DNA from: Octopus bimaculoides
Taxonomy: Eukaryota
Direction of reading: 5' to 3'
DNA: 61,737 nt
Assembly: GCF_001194135.2 (NCBI RefSeq)
Contig: NC_068998.1
Coordinates: 26,303,948 to 26,365,684, forward strand
Below are positions 1 through 11,808 of the stretch, in pieces. Under the pieces are notes generated by a model. The model saw only the letters and a program-made list of their open reading frames with translations. It did not search any database and was not told the DNA's origin. The translations under genes were made by a program, and so were the position numbers. The stretch's first letter is position 1. Every line of letters starts with the position of its first letter.

Positions 1-116
1 TCTGTACATATTGTACCACAGTTCACTCTACCCTCAAATAACTGAAACAAGTAAAAGAATATATATAAATTTAGAGAGAGTGAAAGAGACACATAGACAG
101 TCAGAAATAGAGAGAG

Positions 117-238
117 AGATACATACATACATACATACATACATGCACACACACATACATACATACATACATACATACATACATACATACATACACCCAT
201 ACATACATACATACATACATACACACATACTTACATGC

Positions 239-270
<32 letters not shown>

Positions 271-300
271 ATATCTTTTTACATACATGAGTATGCGTAT
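117..300. repeat. (CATA)n/(TA)n compound microsatellite
   Basis: Direct reading; source of the HTYI/MYVC ORFs. Confidence 0.97.
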
Positions 301-865
301 GTGTGTGTAAGAGAGACAAGAGAAAAAAAAGAAAGTTAGAGACAGCGAGAGAGAAAGAGGGAGAGGGAGAGAGAGAGAGCGGGAGGGAGAAATATTTTAG
401 TCGCTTTAAACATGGATTACATTCATCTTTGTATGCTTGGCTGTATTTTATCCGTTTCGATTTTCATGTTTTAATTATTAGAGTAGGGTCTTTATTCGTT
501 TTCTTTTTAACGTGTGAATGTATATTGACATATATTGAGACAGAGACGGTGGAATAAACAGAAAAATGAATATTCTCTAGACACACGTCAAAAACATTTC
601 GATTCAATCCTCAATGAAACGAAGAAAGTGCACAACATTGAAAGTAGGTGATAATACAAAAGTGGTTAGGTTCTATAAGCATGAATAAGTTATAAACGTG
701 TAGGAAAATAAATTAAGGAAAAGTGTTGAAGCCACTTATAAATTTATAATACCTGAGATTCTATGTATTAAGTTACTAAACGTATCAGTTGAATCGTCTT
801 CGCCAACTTCATAAAAAGCTAATAAAGATACATATGCATGCAGACACGGTAACAAATACAACCAC

Positions 866-866
<1 letters not shown>

Positions 867-961
<95 letters not shown>
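867..961. repeat. (GT)n microsatellite
   Basis: Direct reading. Confidence 0.98.
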
Positions 962-962
<1 letters not shown>

Positions 963-1816
963 ATTGCGCAGAGTACACTTATCAACATTTAAGATTATAG
1001 AAAGTATAACTGTACTGACTCATTATGTTTACGGCAGAGCACGTTCCAAAACTATAATCTCCCGACACATATGCATACTCACAGTAATATATATATCTTT
1101 TCATATGAAATTATAAAGAATTCGTAGTCATGTTTCAGAAAGAAAAGATTAACAAAGTGTTTTTCTGAGAACAAAAGACCAAACCATAGCCCATAGCTAT
1201 GTGACACTGACCTCAGACCTCTGAAATATTTCTTAATTAACACACTAAATCTTTACGTGTAAACTATAAAACAAAAGTTCAGATATTGAGGCATTTTATA
1301 TATTCTTATTTTACGTTTTCTTCCCGGTCACCGCCTATTGTCAACCTTTTTTCCCANNNNNNNNNNNNNNNNNNNNNNNNNNNNNNNNNNNNNNNNNNNN
1401 NNNNNNNNNNNNNNNNNNNNNNNNNNNNNNNNNNNNNNNNNNNNNNNNNNNNNNNNNNNNNNNNNNNNNNNNNNNNNNNNNNNNNNNNNNNNNNNNNNNN
1501 NNNNNNNNNNNNNNNNNNNNNNNNNNNNNNNNNNNNNNNNNNNNNNNNNNNNNNNNNNNNNNNNNNNNNNNNNNNNNNNNNNNNNNNNNNNNNNNNNNNN
1601 NNNNNNNNNNNNNNNNNNNNNNNNNNNNNNNNNNNNNNNNNNNNNNNNNNNNNNNNNNNNNNNNNNNNNNNNNNNNNNNNNNNNNNNNNNNNNNNNNNNN
1701 NNNNNNNNNNNNNNNNNNNNNNNNNNNNNNNNNNNNNNNNNNNNNNNNNNNNNNNNNNNNNNNNNNNNNNNNNNNNNNNNNNNNNNNNNNNNNNNNNNNN
1801 NNNNNNNNNNNNNNNN

Positions 1817-1847
<31 letters not shown>

Positions 1848-1910
1848 CACGCAGCTGTAACACAATCAAGATGTTTGCGTTATACCCTCCCCTTGTCACT
1901 TTTTAAACGT

Positions 1911-1970
<60 letters not shown>

Positions 1971-2138
1971 AGAGAGAAATGTTTAACGACAGGTCAGTCT
2001 TCACTGAGAAGAATTATGATCAAAGACTTTTCAGCAGTAACCAATTGATTTTGTATTCAGATATAACGCATATAGCAGTTTAATGCATTTTGGGTTATCT
2101 GACAGGAAGCTGGAGCCAGACTTTATTATCCTATAGTT

Positions 2139-2345
2139 AAGGCAAAGAGCCGGCAGAATCATTAGCGCGAATGGTTTAGCGACATTTGGTCTGTCTTTGC
2201 CTTATGAGTTCAAATCTTGCCGAGGTTGACTTTGCCTTTTGGGGTCAATAAAATAAGAATCAGTTGAACGTTGGGGGTCGATGTAATCGATTTACTTCTC
2301 CCCCAAAATTGCTAAACTAGTACCATAATTTGAAACCATCATTAT
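2139..2345 (+). mobile_element. tRNA-derived CORE-type SINE, family 1 (diverged copy)
   Basis: ggcagaatcattagc...gagttcaaatcttgccgaggttgactttgcc...ggggtcgatgtaatcga aligns by eye with the copies at 15110-15280, 23066-23282 and 25075-25231. B-box-like gagttcaaatc. Confidence 0.8.
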
Positions 2346-3357
2346 CTTTAAGAGAGAACAAGATTTTATTCTAACACGACAAAATAGTGAGCTGTATTTA
2401 TTTTCAGCCTTAAAAGCCTCTGACAATCTTGGAAGATTTTGGAGGCGTATTATATTTTCGGTAAGAGATTGGTAGGCCCTCTCTTAATGCTTGTGCATTT
2501 GTGGAAAATGTACTCTGTCAATATAATATTACATCTGCTTTCACGTCACAAATTATCTGATCTAACTAGTGAGACACACTGACAAACAGAAAAGAGTGAG
2601 AAGGAAGAAGGACGACTCCATACTCACACACACACACACACACACACAGTCAATTCAAATAAACAAGCAATTCAAATAAACGAATGAAAATATGAACCTG
2701 AAGACGTGCATAAGAAATGTATTAGCTTGACGCTCAGCGAAAGGAGGAAGTATGATGTTTTGAGCATAGCTCTTCGCCGGAAAGGAGAAAGGGAAATGTC
2801 CAAAGATGGAAAAGAAATCGCCAACGGCACACGTGTAATTACATTGCTGATGTGACCATTTATATACACATGGGATTATGATACATCATTAAGAGGCGTA
2901 GTAAATATTTTTTTAATCAAGAATTTATATTGTATAGTATTTGATATGCCTATATTTGTCTAGTTTGTTCAAATACATGTCTCTGAGTTATTTCTCTTAC
3001 CACATTTTTCTTTAAACTATGCTAATTAGCTAATTACCTAGGCCATAAACATGTCTACTTGTTTTTCAATATGTCTAAGTCACTTGATTACTGGAGACTA
3101 TGTAGGACATTGTGTGTGTGAGAGAGAGACAGGCAGAGAGACTTTGGAGGGATATATTTTCCGGACCGATACATTGGTGGCTCTCAGTTACGTTCCAGGT
3201 TAATCGCATCGATTAATATTTAACATCTATGACTACCATTAGTTGTCACTCACGTTGTAAATTCCTCTGATGGGTAATTCCGTTTTCGCTTCTCCGGATG
3301 GTAATATTACCTAGAGTGTATATTAGCAATAATTAGAATAGCGAGTATTGCATATAG

Positions 3358-3407
<50 letters not shown>

Positions 3408-4421
3408 NNNNNNNNNNNNNNNNNNNNNNNNNNNNNNNNNNNNNNNNNNNNNNNNNNNNNNNNNNNNNNNNNNNNNNNNNNNNNNNNNNNNNNNNNNNNN
3501 NNNNNNNNNNNNNNNNNNNNNNNNNNNNNNNNNNNNNNNNNNNNNNNNNNNNNNNNNNNNNNNNNNNNNNNNNNNNNNNNNNNNNNNNNNNNNNNNNNNN
3601 NNNNNNNNNNNNNNNNNNNNNNNNNNNNNNNNNNNNNNNNNNNNNNNNNNNNNNNNNNNNNNNNNNNNNNNNNNNNNNNNNNNNNNNNNNNNNNNNNNNN
3701 NNNNNNNNNNNNNNNNNNNNNNNNNNNNNNNNNNNNNNNNNNNNNNNNNNNNNNNNNNNNNNNNNNNNNNNNNNNNNNNNNNNNNNNNNNNNNNNNNNNN
3801 NNNNNNNNNNNNNNNNNNNNNNNNNNNNNNNNNNNNNNNNNNNNNNNNNNNNNNNNNNNNNNNNNNNNNNNNNNNNNNNNNNNNNNNNNNNNNNNNNNNN
3901 NNNNNNNNNNNNNNNNNNNNNNNNNNNNNNNNNNNNNNNNNNNNNNNNNNNNNNNNNNNNNNNNNNNNNNNNNNNNNNNNNNNNNNNNNNNNNNNNNNNN
4001 NNNNNNNNNNNNNNNNNNNNNNNNNNNNNNNNNNNNNNNNNNNNNNNNNNNNNNNNNNNNNNNNNNNNNNNNNNNNNNNNNNNNNNNNNNNNNNNNNNNN
4101 NNNNNNNNNNNNNNNNNNNNNNNNNNNNNNNNNNNNNNNNNNNNNNNNNNNNNNNNNNNNNNNNNNNNNNNNNNNNNNNNNNNNNNNNNNNNNNNNNNNN
4201 NNNNNNNNNNNNNNNNNNNNNNNNNNNNNNNNNNNNNNNNNNNNNNNNNNNNNNNNNNNNNNNNNNNNNNNNNNNNNNNNNNNNNNNNNNNNNNNNNNNN
4301 NNNNNNNNNNNNNNNNNNNNNNNNNNNNNNNNNNNNNNNNNNNNNNNNNNNNNNNNNNNNNNNNNNNNNNNNNNNNNNNNNNNNNNNNNNNNNNNNNNNN
4401 NNNNNNNTATATATATATATA

Positions 4422-4605
4422 GGGAGAATTCACAAAAAAGAAACGACGAAGACAGGTGGTGTAGACAACAAAAAGACGTATTAGTTTAACGCTCGAGAAG
4501 TGAAAAGTCTTCAACGTTTCGAGCCTACGCTCTTCCACAGAAAGGAACACAAAAAGAAACAAGGAGATAAAATAAATAATGTGTAGTGGCTAGCGATCTA
4601 TCATG
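4422..4605 (-). mobile_element. Short PLE pseudo-LTR-like element (family A) ending in (TA)n
   Basis: Second alignable copy at 27533-27787. Carries a hammerhead fold. Its 3' end abuts (TA)n. Confidence 0.6.
4509..4544 (-). ncRNA. Minimal type I hammerhead ribozyme-like motif with variant core
   Basis: Minus strand CUUU-CUGUGGAA-GAGC(GUAG)GCUC-GAA-ACGU-U-GAAG: stem I CUUU/GAAG, perfect 4-bp stem II closed G-C, palindromic stem III ACGU. Confidence 0.6.
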
Positions 4606-4610
4606 GCGAA

Positions 4611-5010
4611 AGAAGATTGCTTCTTCCCAACCATATGGTTCGGGGTTCAGTTTCACTGCGTAGTACTTTGGACAGATGTCTTCTGCAATAGCCTTGGGCC
4701 GACCAAAGCCTTTTCACAGGATTTTGTAAACGGAAACTGAAAGAACCCCGTTTTTTTAATTATTTTTTTTATTTGTGTGTATATGTGCGTGTCTGTGTGT
4801 GTAACTTTACGTCTGCTTTTGTCCCCCGACACCGCTTCATAAATGGGGCCCGTGTGTTTACGTTCCCGTAACCTAGCGGTTATGCAATAGAACCCGATAA
4901 AATAAGTACCAGGCTTTAAAATAATAACTAATGGGTCGGTACATTTGACTAAAAAATCTCCAGGACGGTGAATCAGCATGGCTGAAGTCTAATTACTGAA
5001 ACAAGTACAG
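4611..5010 (+). mobile_element. tRNA-derived CORE-type SINE, family 2 (diverged)
   Basis: Aligns with 10491-10915: cccaaccatatggttcggggttcag...gggccgaccaaagcc...ggaaactgaaagaa...aataagtaccaggc...cagcatgg...actgaaacaagta. Confidence 0.85.
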
Positions 5011-5706
5011 AAAATATACACAGGAAATTCAAATATTTGTGTACAGAAGAGAGTATTGATGGAGACACGTTGATATGACTTTGAATAACCAGTTTATATA
5101 TGCGAGAATCAGTTCATTGAGTTATCGTATATTACATTTCTTATTCTCTCAGTTTCTTTAACGCATGAAAATAACTAATCTGTACCCTCCAGCAAGATCA
5201 GCCTGCAAAAATTTGAGATATCTTATAAAACAGAAGATTCAGTTTTCCTGTGCATGTATTTAAATCTACAGGACTTACCACCATTTTATGTCTTACTGTG
5301 TTGTGCAGGAAAACCAAAATATTATTAACATATATTTGCATAACTTCAACTGTGAATTAATTTATTTGCAAAGTGATTGTTTTACTTTACATATAACTTT
5401 AACCAGATAGAAATTGTGTCACCAGAGTAGAATCTTTGTGTGAAAAATATTATTTTGAATTCGAGACAATCCTAGTAGAAATAGCAGCCAAATCACTCTC
5501 GTATCTTATACTACAATGGCAAAAGGGACAGTTCTACACTGGAATTTATTTCATATTTTCTCTATAACGAAGTTTATGGGTGTTACCGGACCTACTAGAC
5601 ATAGCAGCTAAATGCCATTTAAATTTGTTTTTATTTCCTATTCATGAAGAATAGGACAATGTAGCTTTAGAACTCCAAACATAATAATGATAATAATAAT
5701 AATAAT

Positions 5707-6475
5707 GGAGCTGACCCAAAATGCCGATTCTGTAACGATGCGATTGAAACTATAGACCACCTAATCTCAGGGTGTAGAGTCTTAGCACCTGAAGAATATA
5801 AAGCAAGACATGACAGAGTCGGCCAGTATTTACACTGGACAATATGTCGGCATTATAAAATCAAAACCACTGACAAATGGTATAAACACCATCCTGAAGC
5901 TGTGACTGAGGGAGAAAATGTATCGATTGTCTGGGACTTCCCCGTACATACTGACAAAAATTTAAAAGCTAATAAACCGGATATTATTATAAAAGATCAG
6001 ACAAAAAAGATGTGTTTATTAATTGACATGAGTATTCTCTGCGATCATAATATAGCGGCGAAAGAATTTGACAAGATCAGTAAATATAAAAACTTGCTAA
6101 TAGAAATTGATAAAATGTGGCACCTCAAGGCGACTACCATACCAGTGATTGTAGGATCTCTAGGAATGATAAAAAAAAGGTACTAAAACCTATTTGAAAA
6201 TGATACCAGGCTTACCATCCCTACAGGAAGTGCAAAAAATCGCGTTAACTGGAAAAACTCATGTACTGAGAAGAGCCTAATCGCTGTGAAAACAACATCC
6301 ATTCATGAATTTATTTATTTATTAATTTTTTTTTAAATACATATTTTACCTGTGAATTTGCGTGTGTAAATTGGGAATGCATACAATGAGTTTCTCTGCC
6401 CTAGGTGTACGGAAAACACTCGGCGAGAAATGGAAAAAAAAATTGAACAAAGTAGAAAAAAGAAACAACTACAAC

Positions 6476-6476
<1 letters not shown>
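5707..6476 (+). mobile_element. R4/Dong-type RLE non-LTR retrotransposon, 5'-truncated (copy A1)
   Basis: Frame open from 5707: CRFCNDAIETIDHLISGC (CCHC knuckle), RHDRV, WDFPVHTD..KPDIII..LIDMS..KISKY (PD-(D/E)xK nuclease), IPVIVGSLG. A frameshift in a poly-A run near 6175 precedes EVQKIALTGKTHVLRRA. Flanked by (TAA)n on both sides. Confidence 0.92.
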
Positions 6477-6542
<66 letters not shown>

Positions 6543-6563
6543 TGATGATGATGATGATGATAA
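6477..6563. repeat. (AAT)n(GAT)n tail/target tract of A1
   Basis: Direct reading. Confidence 0.97.
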
Positions 6564-6912
6564 TGGCTTTCTCATAGCTACACCATTTCTCATTATAGAT
6601 CAGTTCGATCAAGACTAACTGCGGGCAGATCAACAACAATAACATTGTTGAATGTATTTAATGATTACAAGAGAACAGTAAAATGGGTAAAATAAACAGT
6701 GTTACCAGACAGTTGCTTCCACTGAGAAATACATTGAAGTGATACGTGTTCAGTATGAAAGAGATGTGATCTAAAGACACAATGGCAATTCTTCTACCTG
6801 TCTTCCATCATTCCTGTTCCCCCGTATCTCTGCATATGCATGTACGTATATATGCATGTATTCTCTGTATGTATATAGAGACATATATATACACGGTGTC
6901 TGTGTCAGTATT

Positions 6913-6948
<36 letters not shown>

Positions 6949-7161
6949 NNNNNNNNNNNNNNNNNNNNNNNNNNNNNNNNNNNNNNNNNNNNNNNNNNNN
7001 NNNNNNNNNNNNNNNNNNNNNNNNNNNNNNNNNNNNNNNNNNNNNNNNNNNNNNNNNNNNNNNNNNNNNNNNNNNNNNNNNNNNNNNNNNNNNNNNNNNN
7101 NNNNNNNNNNNNNNNNNNNNNNNTATATATTATATATATGAATTGATTTGAACGAATTGAA

Positions 7162-10100
7162 CTAGTTTCAGCTCACGAGTTGTCGTCATGCTGCGGCGCC
7201 GCCATTTGATGCTACATATTTTTTACTTCACTAATTCTTTTCAGAACTTGACATTTGGTGCATGAGCGAGTTTAATGTCGCTGCTCTCATTTGCACTTCA
7301 TGCTGTAAAGTTGGTCCATCTGGAACTCTTGACAGTAAGATGTCTAGATCTAGTAAGACATCCACCCCATGTAGGTCCTTCAGGAGGATATTACAATATC
7401 TTGTCCTATATTTTGATGGCAAAGTAGGAGTGTTTGGCACTATAGAGTGGCGTCTTTTCCAGCGTTAGTGTAACTCTCAATGTCCCTCCAGGGTTTTCCA
7501 GATATACATTACGGGATTTCTTCCCCGCCTACGCTCCAGGGAATAGAGTCTCAATCTCTTGAGTCTTTTCTAGTAGCTTATATGTTGCATGGAGGCTATA
7601 TTCGTGTAGCTTCGTTGGATTGCCTCAAGTTCTACAATTAATTTTACACTGGTTGGTGACCACAGCTGGGAGCAATAGTCAAAGCGGCTTGGGACAAATG
7701 TCCTCCAGAAGACCATCATGGTTTCCTTATCTCTCGTTTTAAAAGTTCTAAGAATCCATGGTCAACCGCCTGCATTTCATTGCCAACTTAGCAACATGCA
7801 CATGTAAGGATGCACCATTACTCATGTAAATGACCAGGCCTCGCACTGACTTTGTCTCTGGGATTGCAATCCCTCCAGGTCCAGTGTATTTAATTGGTTT
7901 TGCATTTAGCTTTGCATGCTGATAGCATAGGGCTTGAAACTTTTCAGCATTAAGCTGTATGCTATTCTTCTTAGCCCACTTGTATATTTCAGCTAACTCA
8001 CGTTGCAGGTGCATAGCGTCTTCAGGATTCTGTATCACCCGTGAGACTTTTGTACCATCTGCATAACTTGTGATCGCAGCTCTCTGTGTGGCCGAGGGCA
8101 TATCTGGTTGGGCCATTATGAACAGTAGTGCTCCCAGAACACCGCTTACTATTTGCGTGTCATCGGAGGTGGCCCCATTAGCTACTACTGCTTGACTTCT
8201 ATCTTTCAAAATGTCATGCAGCCATTCTCCCAATTTCCCGACTATGCCGAGATCACACAGTTTGTGACATATCATTCCATGATCGACTTTATCGAAAGCC
8301 TTTGCAAAGTCGAGAAATATCACATCCACATTTGAGTGGTTGAGAAGCTGTTTCAACACCTAATCATAGTATCATAAGAGTTGAGCTTGACAGCTTCTTA
8401 CTGGTCGGAAACCATGTTGGGTGTCAGTCGCCAAATCATTTTCCTCCAGGGAGGTGATTAGTTTTCTTCCGACTTTCCATGACTTTGCTGATGTGTGAGG
8501 TCAGAGAGATAGGTCAGTAGTTTTTGGCCTCTGACTTGCTACCTCCTTTATGGATGGGGCATATTTTACCTTCCTTCAGCTTGCTTGGAAGTTTGCCAGT
8601 TTCAAGGAAACTTTGGAAGACAGACCACAGTGGTTTTGCTAGGACTCGCTTACATGATTTTAGGATTGCTGTGAATCCATCATGGCCGGTAGCTGAATTT
8701 GGGTTCATCTCATCTATAGCCCTTATTACATCGTCTTCTTTTATATTGATGTAATCAATCATCACTGTCTTTATATCTGCAGTAGGGAAAAAATCAGCTG
8801 GATTGCTGACTTACAAGTGACCCAGGGGTAGAGTGAAAGCGTTTTGAATAACTCATTTAGTATTTCCTTTACCCGCATTGGATTTCCTGTCAGTGAACTA
8901 TCTTTTTCGAGGGATGACCCTATCCTGCAGTGCATTGAGGCAGTTAATTTGGCAAATTTGTAGAAGGCTCTGAAGTCAGACTTTATATTGCGTATAGCCC
9001 AGGTTTCTTTGTCTGCTCTTTCTTTTTCATGGAGAGTTGCAATTTTTTTTCAATCTCCAGCAGTTGTATTTTCAGGCGGGATTTTTCACTGCTTTCAAAA
9101 TGTTTGTTTAGGCGATTTTAAATTTTTGTACTTCGGCTCATAAGAACTTTCCTCTCCCTGAGGATTTTGTTCATATTTACAGTGGGCATTCTATCATGGG
9201 ACACATTTGTAACATATGACTTGCATTACCGACATGAATTGTTGAAGTTCCATGTCGATGTCCGGTGAGGAGAGACATTTAGGCCAGTTTTACTTGAGGA
9301 TCTTCCTCAATTTGCTTCCAGTTTGCCTTATGGAAGTTCAAACTAGAAAGATTTTGAGAGTTTCTTGTAGGCTGCATGTCCATGGTTTCCTTGGTCCGTA
9401 TATTACCTACCCTAGTTGGTTGGAGTACTATTTGTTCTATATACAAAGTGTTGATGAGATACAGGAGGGACTTAACCTGTCCTTGTTCGCAACGTGCCAT
9501 TCCTGGGAGAGAAAGGCTTTCAAGCCATCCGACATTGGGCAGATTGAAATCTCCCATAAGAAGGATACTTATGTGTTGTTCTAATGTAACTATAACTTCT
9601 ATTTTCGTAAGCAATCTACAAAGTTGTCCACGAGATTCAGAGCATCTGGAGGATAATATGAAGTACATACAACTACATCGAGTTGTCCTATATGTACAAT
9701 TAGAGTGCCATATAGTGAATTTGAGTGTGACAAAAGGACCTGGGGTGTGAGGTCTTCGCAGATGTACATAGTAACACTATCGTGATTCCTTTCTTTTCTG
9801 CCGGTCCTTAATACAACACACTGCAATATGTGCATTTCTGCATTTGCTATATCTGGTTTCACCCCACTTAGCTCGTTTGATATCCACAAGGCTTTTTCTG
9901 TTGTATTTGTATTTGTGGTATTTTATAAAAGTGAGTGGATGTTTCTGGGATAAATGTTAGAGCCTGTTGCTCAGTGAGTCCGTGACAATTAAGTGTTTGC
10001 TTTTTTTCGCAATCTCATTGGAGTGTTGGTGCGTGGCAGCGGCAGTTATATGTGTTGTTGCAGTGCAGTATTCTATTCTAGGTCTCGGATGAACTTTGAG

Positions 10101-10260
10101 GGCCATCATAGCTACTCGGATCAGAAGCATTTTCTGACAGGCGCTAAGTATGAACATTTGGATTTGTAAGGTAGGATTATATGTAGTTGTCAAGTTAAGA
10201 TCATCACTGATTTGGGGTCAAACATTAGGAACGTGTTTCAAGGTTTTAATTGCAAGTTGT
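7162..10260 (-). mobile_element. CR1/L2-group APE-RT LINE, near full length, decayed
   Basis: APE remnants at about 9250-9960 (WISNE..DIANAE, LLMGDFNLPNV). RT: PGHDG-like ATGHDG, EAKNY, DVIFLDFAKAFDKVDH, YADG (for YADD), LNAEKFQAL. C-terminus ends at stop 7231. Many stops and frameshifts. Confidence 0.92.
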
Positions 10261-10490
10261 TCATGATTAGAAATTGTTATATGGAAGAATTATCTATTAT
10301 TCAAGCGATTGAAAGAGATAGGTAACTGAGTAATATATTCACGAAAATATTCACAAAATCTTCCAAATTACATTCATTACTGGTGCATCAAGTTTTAAGT
10401 AGTTGTCTTTAGAAAATGTATCACACTTTACTGCGTTAGAGAGCGAATATGTTGCATATTTTTTTAATTAAATGATTTATTTTTATTCAG

Positions 10491-10915
10491 AGATGCAGGC
10501 GTGGCTGTGTGGTAAGAAGCTAGCTTCCCAACCACGTGTTTTCGGGTTCAGGCCCACTGTGTGACACCTTGGGCAAGTGTCTTCTACTCTAGCCTCAGGC
10601 CGACCAAAGCCTTGTGAATGGATTTAGTAGACGGAAACTGAAAAGAAGCCTGTCGTATGTGTGTGCGTGTGTGTGCGTGTTTGTGTGTGTGTGTGTGTGT
10701 TTGTGTGTTTGTGTTCGTACCTCTACCATCGCTTGACAACCGATGTTGGTGTGTTTATATCCCGCCACTTACCGGTTCGGCAAAAAGTGACCGATAGAAT
10801 AAGTACTAGGTTTGCAAAGAATAAGTCCTGGAGTTGATTTTCCCGACTAAAGACGGTGCTCCAGCATGGCTGCAGTCAAATGACTGAAACAAGTAAAATA
10901 ATAAAAGAATAAAAG
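10491..10915 (+). mobile_element. tRNA-derived CORE-type SINE, family 2, full length
   Basis: A-box tggctgtgtgg, B-box-like ggttcaggcc, CORE-like gacaccttgggcaagtgtcttct, internal (GT)n, 3' end gcagtcaaatgactgaaacaagtaaaa. Confidence 0.9.
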
Positions 10916-11746
10916 AAAGAATCTTTTCTACGATATTAAAAAGTGAATGCAATTGGCTGGAATTAATAATACTTAAGCCTTTTCCAATATTTATAATGTA
11001 TTCAAAATGCACTGGAAATTAGTGAATATATAGATGAGAGTAAATATACTTCAAAGATCCCTACCTCCTACTGGCAGGAGAAGTGCTGTAACATTACATG
11101 ATTTACACTTTCTTTCCGCTAAATGATTATTCTAACATAACAAAATATGCCTAGCCTTACCAATTAAAAATTTCCATGTTAAACACAGCTGCAGGAATTT
11201 CTTAACAAAAATAAATCAAAACAAAGCTACGGAAGTTTTTGTTCATAAAACTGCATGCGAGCTAACCTAATCATGTAACTGTGACGAAATTATCCAAGTA
11301 GCAAAGTTCACCATCGCAAAACCTTCCCTCTATTGATATTGGATCAATATAGGGAAGGTTAAATTTGAAATCCAATATTTTAACCAGAATTCTATCTCCG
11401 CTAACAGGAAAACACAGCAAATGTACCCCCACTATATTTGACCATTCAATGAACGAGTAGAGTGTCTATTCGGAAGTTCCCTGAAAGTTGTTTTTTTTCT
11501 TCAACATAGCTGTTAATATGCACTCTTACAATACTGGATGGATACACTATGCAATAATATATCCATGAAAGCTTGCACAATCACTTTTCCATCCTTGACA
11601 ATTTTCCATTCTTTACAATTTCGATTTTATTAAAATTTTACAATTTTTAGTCTAACATTTCTAAATTTATAATCAAAGTAGCACATTATTTTAATATTCT
11701 AAAATTTTAACTAGACTCCATTGCCTTTTGAAAGAGTGTAAATTGC

Positions 11747-11808
<62 letters not shown>
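11747..11808. repeat. (AGAT)n microsatellite
   Basis: Direct reading. Confidence 0.98.

Noticed and set aside
11-310. ORFs of HTYI/MYVC/CVCV/YIYI type here and throughout the window
   Set aside because: They are translations of (CATA)n, (GT)n and (TA)n microsatellites with no coding signal.
1286-4562. Long ORFs of 200-450 aa containing X runs (also at 27.7, 31.8, 39.6, 45.0, 54.8, 56.6 and 59.4 kb)
   Set aside because: They stay open only because N gaps contain no stop codons.
5455-5620. Twice-repeated TAGAAATAGCAGCCAAAT-like motif (similar at about 53790)
   Set aside because: Probably an old interspersed repeat, but its ends and class could not be defined.
10491-10560. tRNA-like sequences (also 30212-30285)
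   Set aside because: The A/B boxes continue into SINE bodies and there is no complete cloverleaf. They are SINE heads, not tRNA genes.
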